From a virus (Duplodnaviria > Caudoviricetes), in IMG/VR virus record IMGVR_UViG_2700989099_000001, positions 64,547 through 128,546 of that record: a DNA stretch of 64,000 nt; one strand, given 5' to 3'. The notes under the pieces were generated by a model, which was given only the letters and a program-made list of their open reading frames with translations, had not been told where the DNA came from and made no database searches. Of the stretch, positions 28,482 through 40,600 are shown one piece after another (position 1 is the first letter of the stretch; every line of letters starts with the position of its first letter). The position numbers and the translations under genes were made by a program.

Positions 28482-29591
28482 GTATATTGAGCTTTGACAT
28501 TAATATCAGAAGCTGTGACACTAATTGTTTTACCAGTTTTATATTGATTTCCTGTACCACCAAAATTAGCATTTAATACACCATTCTGGTCACGTTGAGA
28601 CCATTTATAAGTGTAATCTTTTCCTGATGTATCAATTTCAGAACCAGATTGAAATACTCGGCAAGTAAGTGTTGTTGTACCAGAACCATTTTTAAAAATA
28701 CTACCTGCTGTACTATCAATCGTACAAGTTAAAGGGTCTGTGTAATCAAGAAGAGTGACGATACCACTAACTGCTGTACCTGCTGTACCACCTGCTTGGT
28801 CAATGATTACTGCTTTGAAAGTTTGAGCATTTGTAATTGCTGTTGGCAGAACTGTTAATATTCCTTGAGAAGTTGTATTTGTACCAGCAGTTACATTTGG
28901 TGTTTGACCAGTTGTAGATGAAGTACATAAATGCCAACCTAGTCCAAGGTTTGAATTATACCCAGCTGAGCTTGTTGTAGATACATTACTATCTGCATAA
29001 CCGAAGAATATTTGTTTGTTTCCACTTGATAGAGTTCCACCTTTATATAAGTCAGCGTTAATTGTTAAGCTTGCAGGCATAGAGTTGTAGAATGCTCCAC
29101 CATTACCAGCATAAACATTTGCAAGAACAGCCGATTTAGCAAGTTGCACAACAATCAAATCTAAAAGTTGCTGAAAAATGGAACATTTAAAACCTGTATT
29201 AGGGTCAAACCCATAATCCAGAAGCAGTGAATCGTGATGCTGAGTTAGCAATTTGGGACATTTTAACTTTTGTTGTCAATACACTATTTGCACTTCCACT
29301 CATATGTTGAGTGTCAGTAGTGGTAGTCGATGTAATAGTAGTTGTTGTCGTTCCATCGGTACGTGTCCAAGTAATATTTCCTGAAATTCCACCAACAACA
29401 GAAGTTGTACTTCCTGCTTTAGTAAGGTTGAGCGTTAAAACTTGTGGAGTGGTCGCATAACTTGGTGACCATGTTTGAGCTGTTGCATCATAAGTTTGAG
29501 TAGTCACCCCACTCGCTGTGATGAAAGCATTGAGTTGCATACCATCTGATAAATCTGTGATTGTAATTTGTCCACTTGAGACAATTGACAT
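28463..29591 (-). CDS. Thr/Ser-rich tail/baseplate structural protein (frameshift cluster at 29165-29265)
   Basis: MSIVSSGQITITDLSDG start with RBS AGGAGG; Ig-like C-terminus YTYKW..YTCEV; junction rich in homopolymers. Confidence 0.7.
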
Positions 29592-29606
29592 ATTTTGTTC
29601 CTCCTA

Positions 29607-32600
29607 TTAATTGAGTGGTTCGGCAGTACAGTTAAATGTAGCTTTTTGCCAAATATCACTATTTGTGATTGTGATTGATTTCTGACTTGTTTGGTGAGCA
29701 AGATTCCAAGAGGTATCTACTTTTCCGTCAGAGTTAACTTTAGACCATACATACGCATATTTAGTACCATCTTTATCAATCTCTTCATTGTCTTGATAAA
29801 GTTTTGCCGTAAAAGTCGTATTGATGATATTGTTTTTAAATTGATAGCCATTAGAAGATTGAATTATTAGATTTATAGGGCTTACACCATCATTCCCCCG
29901 TATCAGACTCCAAGTATAGTCAGATGGTTTGACACTATCTGATACTTTATCGTCTGAATACTGACCGATGTAACTTGGGTAATCACTAGTTTTTACTTCA
30001 CTTTCGCTTGGGATATGTGGAGTAGCAACAGAGCCTATTTCTAATTTTAAATTTGTAATTGTAACTGTTGTTCCAGCAGGTAGACCATATGTTTTGATTC
30101 TATACGAATCAAAACCGATACCTGATACATTTATTGTCTCTTTATGAGTTCCACTTAGATTAGTGTTACTAACATAATGGTCTGTTCCTCCTAAACCATA
30201 AGTAGGTCTAATCACACCCGACCAAGTTCCTGATGAGTTTGTAATCTCATAATTATAAGTAATAGTAAGTGGTTTATTTAATATATCAGCTATAATTCCA
30301 TCTAATGGGTAGTTATTAGATGAAATATTCTCTTCCACCCCAGTAGAAGTGTAAGATTGTGATTTTGTGTTTTTCAACAAATTCAAATTTGGATAAACAT
30401 TTGTAAATCTATCAGTTCCATCGGCACTCCAAGAGTAAGCTGTATGAGTATATGCTTTATTTCTATCAATAATAACTGGCAAGATTTGTTCGTCAATTAA
30501 ATTGAGTGTGCTTCCTGCAAGATAAAATTGTAATTTTACATGTGTTATATCATTATCATATGGTTTATATGTTATGATAGATTCATCAGAAGATGAAGTG
30601 TATTTAAGAAAATAATTCAACCCACCGTCTTTTGATTCATAAACTTTATATCGACCTCGATACTCAGTTGTACTTCCGCCTACTAACTCTTGATTTCCTA
30701 TTACAGTTATTGGTGTATTTACCCATTCGTTATAAGGTGTCTTTCGCAAAGAGTCAGAAGTCATCATCCAACGATTTATGTTTCCTGATGTATCTTTATA
30801 TTTCTTTATTTTAAACTCTTTTTTTAGAGTTTCTTTTCCTTGGGTTGCAATTATAACTATTGTTTCAAAATCTGTTTTTGCCGATAAGACTTTGACTGTA
30901 TTTTTTGTAACCGTATAAACTACGTTACTATTTCTCTCTACAGAGAAAGTCCAATTACTTGTATCTAAGACACCATCTCTATACACATTCATTTCTGTCG
31001 AAGCATAATCGTAATTCCCTGACGAACCGTTAGGGTCTGTGAAGATTGTAACTAAATCATTTGATAAAGTTGGAACTATAGCTCCCTTTATAGAAGATAT
31101 GTCGTCATCTGTAACGATGTTAGAATCAGCTCCAATTGTAACTTTCTTATTAAGTTTTATTTCACCTGTATTAAGGTCAATGATGATTCCATCATCTTTT
31201 CCTTTAATAACACCTGCATTCATTACTAAGTCAGCGTTGAACTCTGTTTTACTATTAATCTCTAATAGTTTACCATCAATCTTAACACCTTCCTCAGAAA
31301 GATTTAATGCAGTAACAACATTATCATTTTTTACATAGTTCAAAGAAATTCCAGTTTCAAGAACTTTTATTTCAGACTTAGTATAATCAAATGATATAAT
31401 TGATTCTAATGCTTGCTTCTTTTTATCATAATTAATGAACTTCTCTTTGAACACTCCTGAATCAATTGCTGTTGTTTTTGTTATATTAGCATCATCTAAG
31501 ATGGAATAGCCATCTAATTGTTTTGTTTGATTTAAATATTTATTCAAATCTTCATATGCTATAACATACTCATTATATTCATCAGGATAAGGATTTTCCT
31601 CAGTAGGTTCTCCTCTTCCCTTAATGAATGAGGAAATCATAGAACTGTGTATGTCTGTGATTTTAGTCCACTGATTCTTTAATTGTTTCTTTTCGTATTC
31701 GTTGATTAAATTATCATTTGCAATCTCGTCATAAGTAAGCAACAATTTATTCCATGATTCGATAATGTTTTTAGGGTTTCCCTCATTACCACTCATAATT
31801 CTAATTGAATCCATGTTGACTGTCAGACCAGTATTGTCAATTACGAAGCTACCCGAATCGTTTGTAATAATCAGATTATTACCTGCTAAAATTTTACCGA
31901 TAAGTGTTTCAGCGATAACTCCATTAGGTGTAATTGATGTATTCCATGTCTTACCATTATCTTTAGAGAGGGCTACAACACCTGATTGAATAATAATTAC
32001 TTCGTTTGGAAAATCTGGGTTACGAATCATCATACCTCGATTATCAAGAGTGATTGATTCATTTGCCCCAGCGGTAATGCGATTATTGACCGCCTTAATT
32101 TCTTTATCTCTCCACGCTGTAACTTCATCTTTAACTTCTACAATATTGTTCCATTTGTATTTGTTATTTTCTAAGATTGAAGACGATGACTCTGCTTGAT
32201 AAATGATTGTCGCTAATCTATCAAGAGCATCAATGTCATCCATATTATCAGATATTTCAAGTTGGAAATCACCAGAAACTAAATCTCCACTATAACCAAG
32301 AATAATTGATGTATATTCTTCTTCTAATTTATTAGATTTAATCTTAACTTCTTCACCAATTTCCAATCTTCCATGATATTTTTTGGATTCAATAGAATTA
32401 ATGAATGAGGTTAAATCTGTCTTAAAAGAACGTGTTGGTTTTTGATATTTCTCAAATTCTTCTACAGTTGCTTTATAGAGTTCTTTTGCATCAATATATC
32501 TATCATCTGAAAAATCTTTTTCATAAATAAATAATTTTAACTCTTCAACTAAATCTGCTCTAAAAGAGTTTGTTGAGATAATTTCTTGATAATCAACTAT

Positions 32601-33767
32601 TGTCTTATTCCAAATTTCAATAGTTTTATTTATAGAATCAATTTCTGAGATTTTATCATTAACTTGTTTTTCTTTTATGACAATTTCAGATTCTCTTTGA
32701 GCAATCAAAGGTTTATCGTTTGTTGACTTTGCAGTATCTAATAGAGCTTGAAGGGTAATCATTTCTCCATCAAGGTCAACTTTTTCAGACATTTTTTTCG
32801 TTAAATCAACATATCCTTGATTGATTAATTTTTGTAGATTATCAATTTTTGGATTATAGATTTTTTGCAACTCCATCAAATCCAATAAAGCATGAGCCAA
32901 ATCATCGGACATATAATCTGAATGATTTAATACATTTTTATTTTCATCACGCTGAAATGGTTGTATGAAATATGAAAAATCTTCGATGTATCGCATACCA
33001 GTTGGATTCGCAGATGAAATATCTAAATCTTCATTCCCTTTTGCATACATTCTTGTTACTATTTCTTCTGATGTTGATGAAATATCTATAGAACTTGCAT
33101 AATTTTCACGTTTAAGAACAACGCCACGAAAAACTCTTAATTCATCAATTGTTAAGAGATTTAATGTTCTTGTCTCTCCATCGAAATCTGTTATCGCTCC
33201 ATAAGATTCAATACCACTTTGAATAGCTTCGTATCTTGTTTGTTTATCTTGTTCTGAAAATGTTCTATATGTATTTTTTAATTTATCTGAAATGTGCCCT
33301 AGCTTCCAAGGTGACTGTTCAAGAGTTTTACTGAAATATTCTTCTGCTCCAATTCCTGTTCCATCTATTGTAACATTGGTTGTTCTAAGTTCACTCTCCA
33401 AACTATCACAGGATATCTTAGTTGTAATTCCATCACTTGAATCATTTTTTTCAATGGTTATGATTCTAAACCAATTTACTCTACCTCCATACCACGTCAA
33501 TTTAATAAGTTTCTCTTCTTTGATGCTATCTAAGTCAGGATTTTTGATGTATTCAATCTCATCAGCTATACCTTTACTTTTAGATTCTACCAAATAAGGT
33601 ATTTCAAATTCAAAATGTGGGAGTGAGTTTAGTTTAACATCTGATATATTAGCTGTATTAATATTCAAGATGTTCTGTGTTATGACTTTACTAGGAAGAG
33701 CAAGTTGAACCTTAAATGGTTTCTTACTTCTAGTTAGGTCTAGGTCTAAGCCTAAATCTTTTAACAT
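29607..33767 (-). CDS. Tail-associated (Tal-like) protein / central tail fibre
   Basis: 1386 aa after Dit; IVTRMYAKG..SANPTGMRYIEDFSYF; C-terminal repeat module. Confidence 0.8.
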   Translation of the reverse strand: MLKDLGLDLDLTRSKKPFKVQLALPSKVITQNILNINTANISDVKLNSLPHFEFEIPYLVESKSKGIADEIEYIKNPDLDSIKEEKLIKLTWYGGRVNWFRIITIEKNDSSDGITTKISCDSLESELRTTNVTIDGTGIGAEEYFSKTLEQSPWKLGHISDKLKNTYRTFSEQDKQTRYEAIQSGIESYGAITDFDGETRTLNLLTIDELRVFRGVVLKRENYASSIDISSTSEEIVTRMYAKGNEDLDISSANPTGMRYIEDFSYFIQPFQRDENKNVLNHSDYMSDDLAHALLDLMELQKIYNPKIDNLQKLINQGYVDLTKKMSEKVDLDGEMITLQALLDTAKSTNDKPLIAQRESEIVIKEKQVNDKISEIDSINKTIEIWNKTIVDYQEIISTNSFRADLVEELKLFIYEKDFSDDRYIDAKELYKATVEEFEKYQKPTRSFKTDLTSFINSIESKKYHGRLEIGEEVKIKSNKLEEEYTSIILGYSGDLVSGDFQLEISDNMDDIDALDRLATIIYQAESSSSILENNKYKWNNIVEVKDEVTAWRDKEIKAVNNRITAGANESITLDNRGMMIRNPDFPNEVIIIQSGVVALSKDNGKTWNTSITPNGVIAETLIGKILAGNNLIITNDSGSFVIDNTGLTVNMDSIRIMSGNEGNPKNIIESWNKLLLTYDEIANDNLINEYEKKQLKNQWTKITDIHSSMISSFIKGRGEPTEENPYPDEYNEYVIAYEDLNKYLNQTKQLDGYSILDDANITKTTAIDSGVFKEKFINYDKKKQALESIISFDYTKSEIKVLETGISLNYVKNDNVVTALNLSEEGVKIDGKLLEINSKTEFNADLVMNAGVIKGKDDGIIIDLNTGEIKLNKKVTIGADSNIVTDDDISSIKGAIVPTLSNDLVTIFTDPNGSSGNYDYASTEMNVYRDGVLDTSNWTFSVERNSNVVYTVTKNTVKVLSAKTDFETIVIIATQGKETLKKEFKIKKYKDTSGNINRWMMTSDSLRKTPYNEWVNTPITVIGNQELVGGSTTEYRGRYKVYESKDGGLNYFLKYTSSSDESIITYKPYDNDITHVKLQFYLAGSTLNLIDEQILPVIIDRNKAYTHTAYSWSADGTDRFTNVYPNLNLLKNTKSQSYTSTGVEENISSNNYPLDGIIADILNKPLTITYNYEITNSSGTWSGVIRPTYGLGGTDHYVSNTNLSGTHKETINVSGIGFDSYRIKTYGLPAGTTVTITNLKLEIGSVATPHIPSESEVKTSDYPSYIGQYSDDKVSDSVKPSDYTWSLIRGNDGVSPINLIIQSSNGYQFKNNIINTTFTAKLYQDNEEIDKDGTKYAYVWSKVNSDGKVDTSWNLAHQTSQKSITITNSDIWQKATFNCTAEPLN

Positions 33768-33802
33768 AGCATTTACTCCTCTATATATTTCCTATATACT
33801 AT

Positions 33803-33834
33803 ATTATACCACAATTCCCTAAAAAGCGCAAGTG
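33803..33834 (-). promoter_or_regulatory. Promoter upstream of tal
   Basis: Minus strand CAC-TTGCGC-17-TATAAT with TG. Confidence 0.7.
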
Positions 33835-33850
33835 CAAAGTTATATATATA

Positions 33851-33879
33851 AAAAAATAAGATGCCTAAGCATCTTATTT
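33851..33879 (-). terminator. Intrinsic terminator after dit
   Basis: AAATAAGATGC-CTAA-GCATCTTATTT. Confidence 0.75.
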
Positions 33880-34638
33880 AATATAGTATGGTTGATAGGT
33901 AATAATAACCTTAAGGTTTTGACTTGCCGAGGCACTAACTGTATTTACCTTTTTCAAAAGACTTAATTTAGATAAATCTCCTACATAGTCTGAATAGTGA
34001 TATACTCCATTTAAACTACTAGAAATTTCTTCTTCGTAGGGATTTATTGTAACAATTTCATTTGCTTTCAAATTACTTATTTGTAGTGTGTATCCATTTA
34101 CTGTTATTGAATATGTCCCATCTTTTAATGGATATAAATCAATATTCATCTCTGGATTTATTTTACCTTCCAACGTGATACTAATTGAATCCTTGCTTGC
34201 CCCTTTTTCAAAAGACAAAATATTTCCATACATATATGGAGAGTTCGTTATCATAGAAACAACTATATAACCCCTTCCAGTTCCTGTATGTACTATCCTA
34301 GATTCTCCGTTTGGCATTGCGTAGACAAATTTATTCAATCCTTCAAATTGTAATTTACTGTAGTACTCTTTACCATAGAGCCAATCAATTACTTTGTCGA
34401 TTAATTCATCTGTGAAATCTTTCTCGAAAGCCAAATTTAATTCAAATGACAAATCTTCATAAGTCACACCATTAAATAGTGATTTTCGTACATTTTTCAC
34501 CGTCTCTGAATTGACAGTTCGACTTGCAACAAATGCTTCGTCAAACATTCCATTGTCCATAGAAACGTTTATAATTCCAAATTCGCTAGTATTCTTTCCG
34601 TTGTATGTAAAACTAATCTTATCTTTGATAGTATTCAT
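33874..34638 (-). CDS. Distal tail protein (Dit)
   Basis: FTYNGKNTSEFGI, IDWL, NSPYMY; between TMP and Tal. Confidence 0.8.
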   Translation of the reverse strand: MNTIKDKISFTYNGKNTSEFGIINVSMDNGMFDEAFVASRTVNSETVKNVRKSLFNGVTYEDLSFELNLAFEKDFTDELIDKVIDWLYGKEYYSKLQFEGLNKFVYAMPNGESRIVHTGTGRGYIVVSMITNSPYMYGNILSFEKGASKDSISITLEGKINPEMNIDLYPLKDGTYSITVNGYTLQISNLKANEIVTINPYEEEISSSLNGVYHYSDYVGDLSKLSLLKKVNTVSASASQNLKVIITYQPYYIK

Positions 34639-34689
34639 TTTACCAACTTTCTATAAAAATAATTGAAGGGTGGGTTACACCCTATCCAA

Positions 34690-37600
34690 TTATCTGCGTG
34701 ATTTCAATCTATCCATAACTTCGTCTGCAAATCTAATAGCACCATCTTTGTCTCCACGGTAGTTTTCAAAGTTGAATTGCATATCTCCTACAACTAAACT
34801 GCTACCAGCCTTAGAAGCTTGCATTGACTTAACGAGGTCATTGAGTTGATTTTTAGTCTTGTCAACAATTGATACTGTTTTTAAAATATCACTTGTTTGA
34901 TTTTTATTTAAGACCATTTCTTTCTTGTGAAGCATTGCTACTCTACCCTCATTACCAAACCAATCGCCAGTATAACCACCCGTATCAAAAGGAATCAATA
35001 ACTTTTTACCAACTGGTACTGTGTAAGGGTTTAAATTACCATTGGCTTTTTGAATCTTAGTCCATTGGTAATAATCTCCATAATACTTTTTAGCTAAATC
35101 CCAAAGTGTATCTCCTCTAACAACCGTGTGTGTAGCTTTTACTCCTTTTGGTTTTGCAGGGGTTGCAGGTTTTCGTTCAGGAGGAAGATAAGGAGTTACA
35201 TCCCTATGTGCTACATCAGAACTTGTTCCACGAGTAGTATAGTTAGGATTGTTGACATTATTTCCCTTTTGTTGACTAGCATTCAAGTTATCTAAATTTT
35301 TATTTATACTGTTAAGTTCTGTTAATTGGTCTTTTATACCCAACCAGATATTTGACACATCAGTTAGATTGTCTCCTACAATAGACTTAATATCATCAGG
35401 ACTTAGATTCTCTGTCCCCATGATTCCTTTTCCGTCCCCACTCATCAATTTAGATAGTTCATCCTGCATATCATTCATCATTTGAGTTAAAACACTTGTA
35501 TCGCCTTTATTCCACTTATCTACTGCGTTTTTCCATGATGCATCATCATTGATTAACTTATCATAATAATCTTGAATTTGTTTAGATTTATCATTGATTT
35601 CACTAACGTTATTATCATAATTTGTGTTTTCATTATTTTTATTTTTATCTACTTGGTCAAGCTGTTCTTGTTTTTGTTTATCAAGTTGTTCTTTCCAGAG
35701 TGTATCTTGTCTCTCTAATTGAGCATCTGTGATATCTTTATTCAAGTCCGTCAATTGCTTTTGCAAGTCTGCTAAAGCTTTCTTACCTTCTAATGAATTA
35801 TCTCTTGAAGCTAATGATATTTTTTGCATAAAATCTGCACGTTTAGCATTAAAGTCTTCCATCTTCTTGGCATATGTTTCTTCGGCTTTTTCCGAATCAC
35901 GTTCTTTAACTTTTGCATCGTAGACTTCATTTATTTTTGAAATCTCATCATCATATGATTTTATTTTTGCATCGTGTGCTGTTTTTAAGTTTTCAAGTTC
36001 TTTTTCAGTAGATTGTTTACTTAATGTTTGCATTTGTTTATAATAGTTTTTAAGAGAAGATACTTCATCTTGTGCAACTTTTTCACGAGCATCAGCAACG
36101 GCTTTTTGTTCTTTTAATGTATCGAGAACAGCACTATTATAATTCTTTTGGGCATCTTCAAGCATTTTTTGCATCTCAATAGCTTGTTTAGATGAAGCGC
36201 CATATTTTTTACTTGCGTTATTGTATTCAGCTTGATATTTAGCAACTTGGTTCTTGTACGTAAGTTCAAGTTTTTGTTGTTGCTCTATCATATCATATTG
36301 AATCTTAAGCTGTTGACCTACATCATTAGGGTTAGTATATTGAAGTTTCTCATTCTGGAAGCTTAATGCATCTTTAGCTTTTTGAATAGAACTAATTGTC
36401 TTATCCCAATTGTTTCCAATGTCAGCAATATAATCAAGATAAATGTCAATGTTACTTTGTCTAACTTCGTTATTAAGATTTTCGATTTGTGTTTCAAGTT
36501 TCCACAAATTTCCTGAGTTTGTGTCATACTCTTGTTGCAATTCATTATAACGTTTACGTTGAGATTCTGTATGTTTATTTGTTTTTCTCAAACCTTCGAG
36601 TTCTTTAGCAATTGCATTTTGACGTCTAATCATTGCTTGATACTGAGCTTGTTGTTGACTCAATAAGTTTTTATTTAAGTTTTGAATACCAAGTAATTGG
36701 TTACGATAAGCAACTGTGTTCTCGATTAAGCGTTTCAAAACTGCTTCTGATTTGTCAATCTTAGTTTGAGTTTGGTCAATTTTAAGACCTGCTGTATCTC
36801 TTTTGTAAAGAGCATCTAATGAACTACCAGCACTTTCTCCAAACATAGGAATAAATTCTTGCATTGTCTGAATAGCTGGGGTAATGCTAGGAACATAAGT
36901 ACCTGCTCCACCTTCACTTGAACTACTAGAACCAGATTCGCCTTCACTTCCTGCAAATCCTCCTCCTAGTGCACCCATTCCATTAGTTCCCTTTATTCCA
37001 AAGAGACTGCCTAGACCGAGTTTTTGAGCTGTTTGTAACCACAAATCAATACCACGGTCTCTACGTTGTGGGATAAGTGGGATGATTGCTTCTTCACCTT
37101 CTTCACCATGCCATGCAAGTTCAGGTGTATCAACGAATCCACCATTGTAGTATCCATGTCCTTGATATGCCCTTGCTAATGAACCATAGCTACCAAGAGC
37201 ATATCTGATTGAAGCAAGGATATTATCTAAGGGAGCATAAATGTTATTATATCCTGGCATTTTATTTGCTTGGAAAGTTGGGTCAATAACTTGCATAAGA
37301 CCCTTAGATGGTGTTCCGTTTATAGCATTAACATCCCAACCATTGATTGCCATTGGATTACCGCCAGACTCAGTTTGCATTTGATACATTAATGCTTGTA
37401 AGTTTTGTGGTGTGAATTGACCAGTCATCATCAAAGCTTGTGAAGCTACACCAGCCCATTGTTGAACACCTGCACCAGCAACTCCTCCGCTACCGCCACC
37501 GAATGCACTAGCCATAGATGAGAAGTCACCTGAAACGTAAGCTTTGATTTTATCCATTGTATCAAACACTCCGCCACCGAAGTCTTTAAACACTGTTTTA

Positions 37601-40600
37601 CCAAGGTCTTTGAGGTTTCCACCTGTCAAACCATTACTCAAACCCGCAATTACGTATCCACCTAATTGTTCAAACACACGTGATGGTGAGTGGATTCCAA
37701 GAGCTGATTTGAATTTTGTTACCATGTCGTCAGCAAGTCTTTGGATGGGACTTGAAGCTGAACTCATATTATCACTAATACCTTTACCAATCTGAGCAGG
37801 GATTGTACTTGCTATTCCATATAATCCAGCAGTTCCAACACGCAAAGCGTGTTGCATAGAAGTCGACATATTGTTTACTGCACTTACTGAACTAGCACCC
37901 ATTTGTTGTATTTCACGAACAACATTTTGTTTTGTCCACTCAGCACGAGAAACAATATTTTGTGTTCCACTATTCCAATTTCCAATCATTGAAGATGTGG
38001 TTTGACTTATTATAGATGGCAATGTTTGTCTTACAGTATTCCAGATTCCAGTCAAAGATTGTACTACTGAAACAGATGTATTTTGATAATTAATAAGTGA
38101 ACTAGCATCAAAAACCATTTGTGCATTTGCTTGAGCTACCGCATTCGCAACCATTCCTCCAAAGCTAGAAAGTATTCCAGCAACTTGATTCATTTTGGTT
38201 TGAACTTGATTTCTTAAATTATCGAGAGAGCTAGTGTCTATATTTCCAATTCTTAAGCTAGAAGATAAAACTCCTTTAATGTACCCCATATCTCCCGATA
38301 CAGCATTTTTCATTCTCGTTGATTGAGCAATAATTTCATCGACTCTTTTTGCAAAATCATCTGGCAAATCAAATGAGCCTTGAACTGAAAATGAAATAGA
38401 ACCAGCTTTTGATTTTATAATATCAATTGCTGTTGAAGCTTCGCCAGCTCTCTTAGCGATATCTGCTAATTGTCCAGCTAAAGTTTGAACTAAAGGAGAT
38501 TTTCCTAAAACATTTGTATCTAAGAGATTTCCTGTTGTACCAGTTTGATTTCCAATAGAATCAACTAATCTGCTCAAAGTTCCAGATTTATCTTGAAGAC
38601 TATCAACTAAAGTTTCAGCTTGCGTCAAATTGTCTAAGTCTACAGGTAGAACCGTTGTTTTAAAAGCAATAGGGGTTTCGGCTTTTTGAGTAATCTCATT
38701 AATGGTATTTGTTATAGGCAATAGTCCTATTGTATCACCCTGTGCTTTAACTGTTACAGTTTTTCCATCACTCTGTTGAAGAGTGTTTGTTTTTCTCTGA
38801 GCTTCGTCTACAGAACTACTATCTACAGCAACTTTTCCTTCTGTTGTTTTTCCAGCAGAATCGTGTAATTTATCCGCAGAATCTTTAGCTCCATCAATTT
38901 TACCCTTTGCATTATCTGCTTGTGTGCCTGCTGTGGTAAATAGTGTATGTTCTTGTCCGTTTATATTTACTTTATAAGTAAATCCATCGACTTCATTACC
39001 TGTTTGGACAATTTGTCCACCTAATGCTTGAACTTGTCTATTTAATTCGACTAACCAAGCATTTTGAGTTCCCTTGCTATCCAAAGCGAATGCTAATTTA
39101 CCCTGTTGGTCTTTAGCAAGTTCGATATGTCCACCTATAGACTCGTATTGATTTGAAACACCAGTTAGCCATTGGGTTAAACCATTTGCGTCCTGTGGTG
39201 CTTGTTGCATCTTATTGAAATTATCAATAAGAAAACCAGTTGCGACCTGTGCTTTATCTACTTCTTTTCCGTATTCACTAGCACCTCGGGATAAGTCATA
39301 TAATGTTCTAACATTGTTTTGAGCATCGACATAGCCAATAGACATCGCACCTGTTGTTTTATCGGTGACAATTTGAAGTTTATCTCCATAAATTTGGATT
39401 TGTCTATTTAATTCATCTAAGTATGTTGATTTAGAACCATCGAGGGTTTTAAATTCCTTTACGAATTTTCCACTCTTATCTTTAGTTATAACTAATTGAT
39501 TTTGAAGTTGATTGAGATTTTCTTGCATACCGTTGAAGAAGTTATTTTCTACGTTGGTATCATTTGGCGCTTTTTGTAATTCCTCAAATGATTTTTTCAA
39601 ATCAGCAGTGTGTTGGTCAACTTGTTCTTTATTTCCTTTTAGAGCAAACATAAGTTGGTCATTGACATCAAATACACCTTGTCGTACGTAACCCAACATG
39701 CTTTGCAAGAGTGCCATTCCGCCATCTGACATACCTTTGAATGTTTCTTTAAGTGCTTCTGGTGTCATATTTGCTAATTCAGCAAGGTCTCCCTTTGTCT
39801 TCCCCGCAACAGCTTCATAAGCTTCTGTTATTTCAACTGTTTTGTCTTTGATTTGACTACTTGCAATACCTGTCTTTGCTGAAATATCTGCAATATATTG
39901 TTGTACTTCTGCCGAACTATTAAATATGCTTCCATTTATTTTTTTAATAGAAGAAATATAGTCTAATTTTGAAGAAATATCTTCATATTCTCCATCTGCA
40001 AGATTCAATAATTTCTTTTGACCATCAATTGCTTCATATGTAGCTGTGGTCATATTTGTTATTTCATCTGTATAAGAAGTCATTTCTTCTTTAGCAACCA
40101 TTGCTTTTATTTTTTGGTTTTCTAACTCAGTACCAAGTTTTATTGTCATCTCTTTGGCTTGATTTTCACTCATGCCGAGATTTTCTAATCTTGTGACAAA
40201 ATCTTGTGGGATGAAGTCTTTTGAATTTGAAGACATTTCAGCAATAGCTGTAGATACCGCTTTAATTTGATTTGGAAAATCTTTTGATTTTTTAGCAGTT
40301 TCACTGAATGAACCAGTTATGCTATCAAATAATTCTATTGCTTTTTTAGACCCCTCACCTCCTATGGCTTGTAGTTGGTCATAAGCAACAGTTAAAGCTT
40401 CTCCTACTTTTTTAGTTTTGTCACTTAGTGTTTCTTGGGATTTTGCATAATTTTCGGTCACTTCTTTGCTATCTATTGCATACTGATTTGTTTTAGCATA
40501 CATGTCAATTAAGCTTTTCCCAGATTCCGTGACATTTTTCATTTTTCCATCAGCATTTAGCCATGCTTGTGTATTTTCTGAAATATGAGTAGCATTATCT

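Larger units (their letters stand above)
26500..30450 (-). repeat. Four dispersed direct-repeat pairs bracketing variable tail modules
   Basis: AYSWSADGTDRFxxVYPNLNLL near 30400, 28220, 27640, 26960; GSxATPxxPSxxE near 30010, 27810, 27130, 26520. Confidence 0.85.

Noticed and set aside
29160-29270. Split structural gene
   Set aside because: Junction has several homopolymer runs within ~100 bp whose shortening gives a continuous frame; typical of a low-quality pyrosequencing-type segment (inferred)
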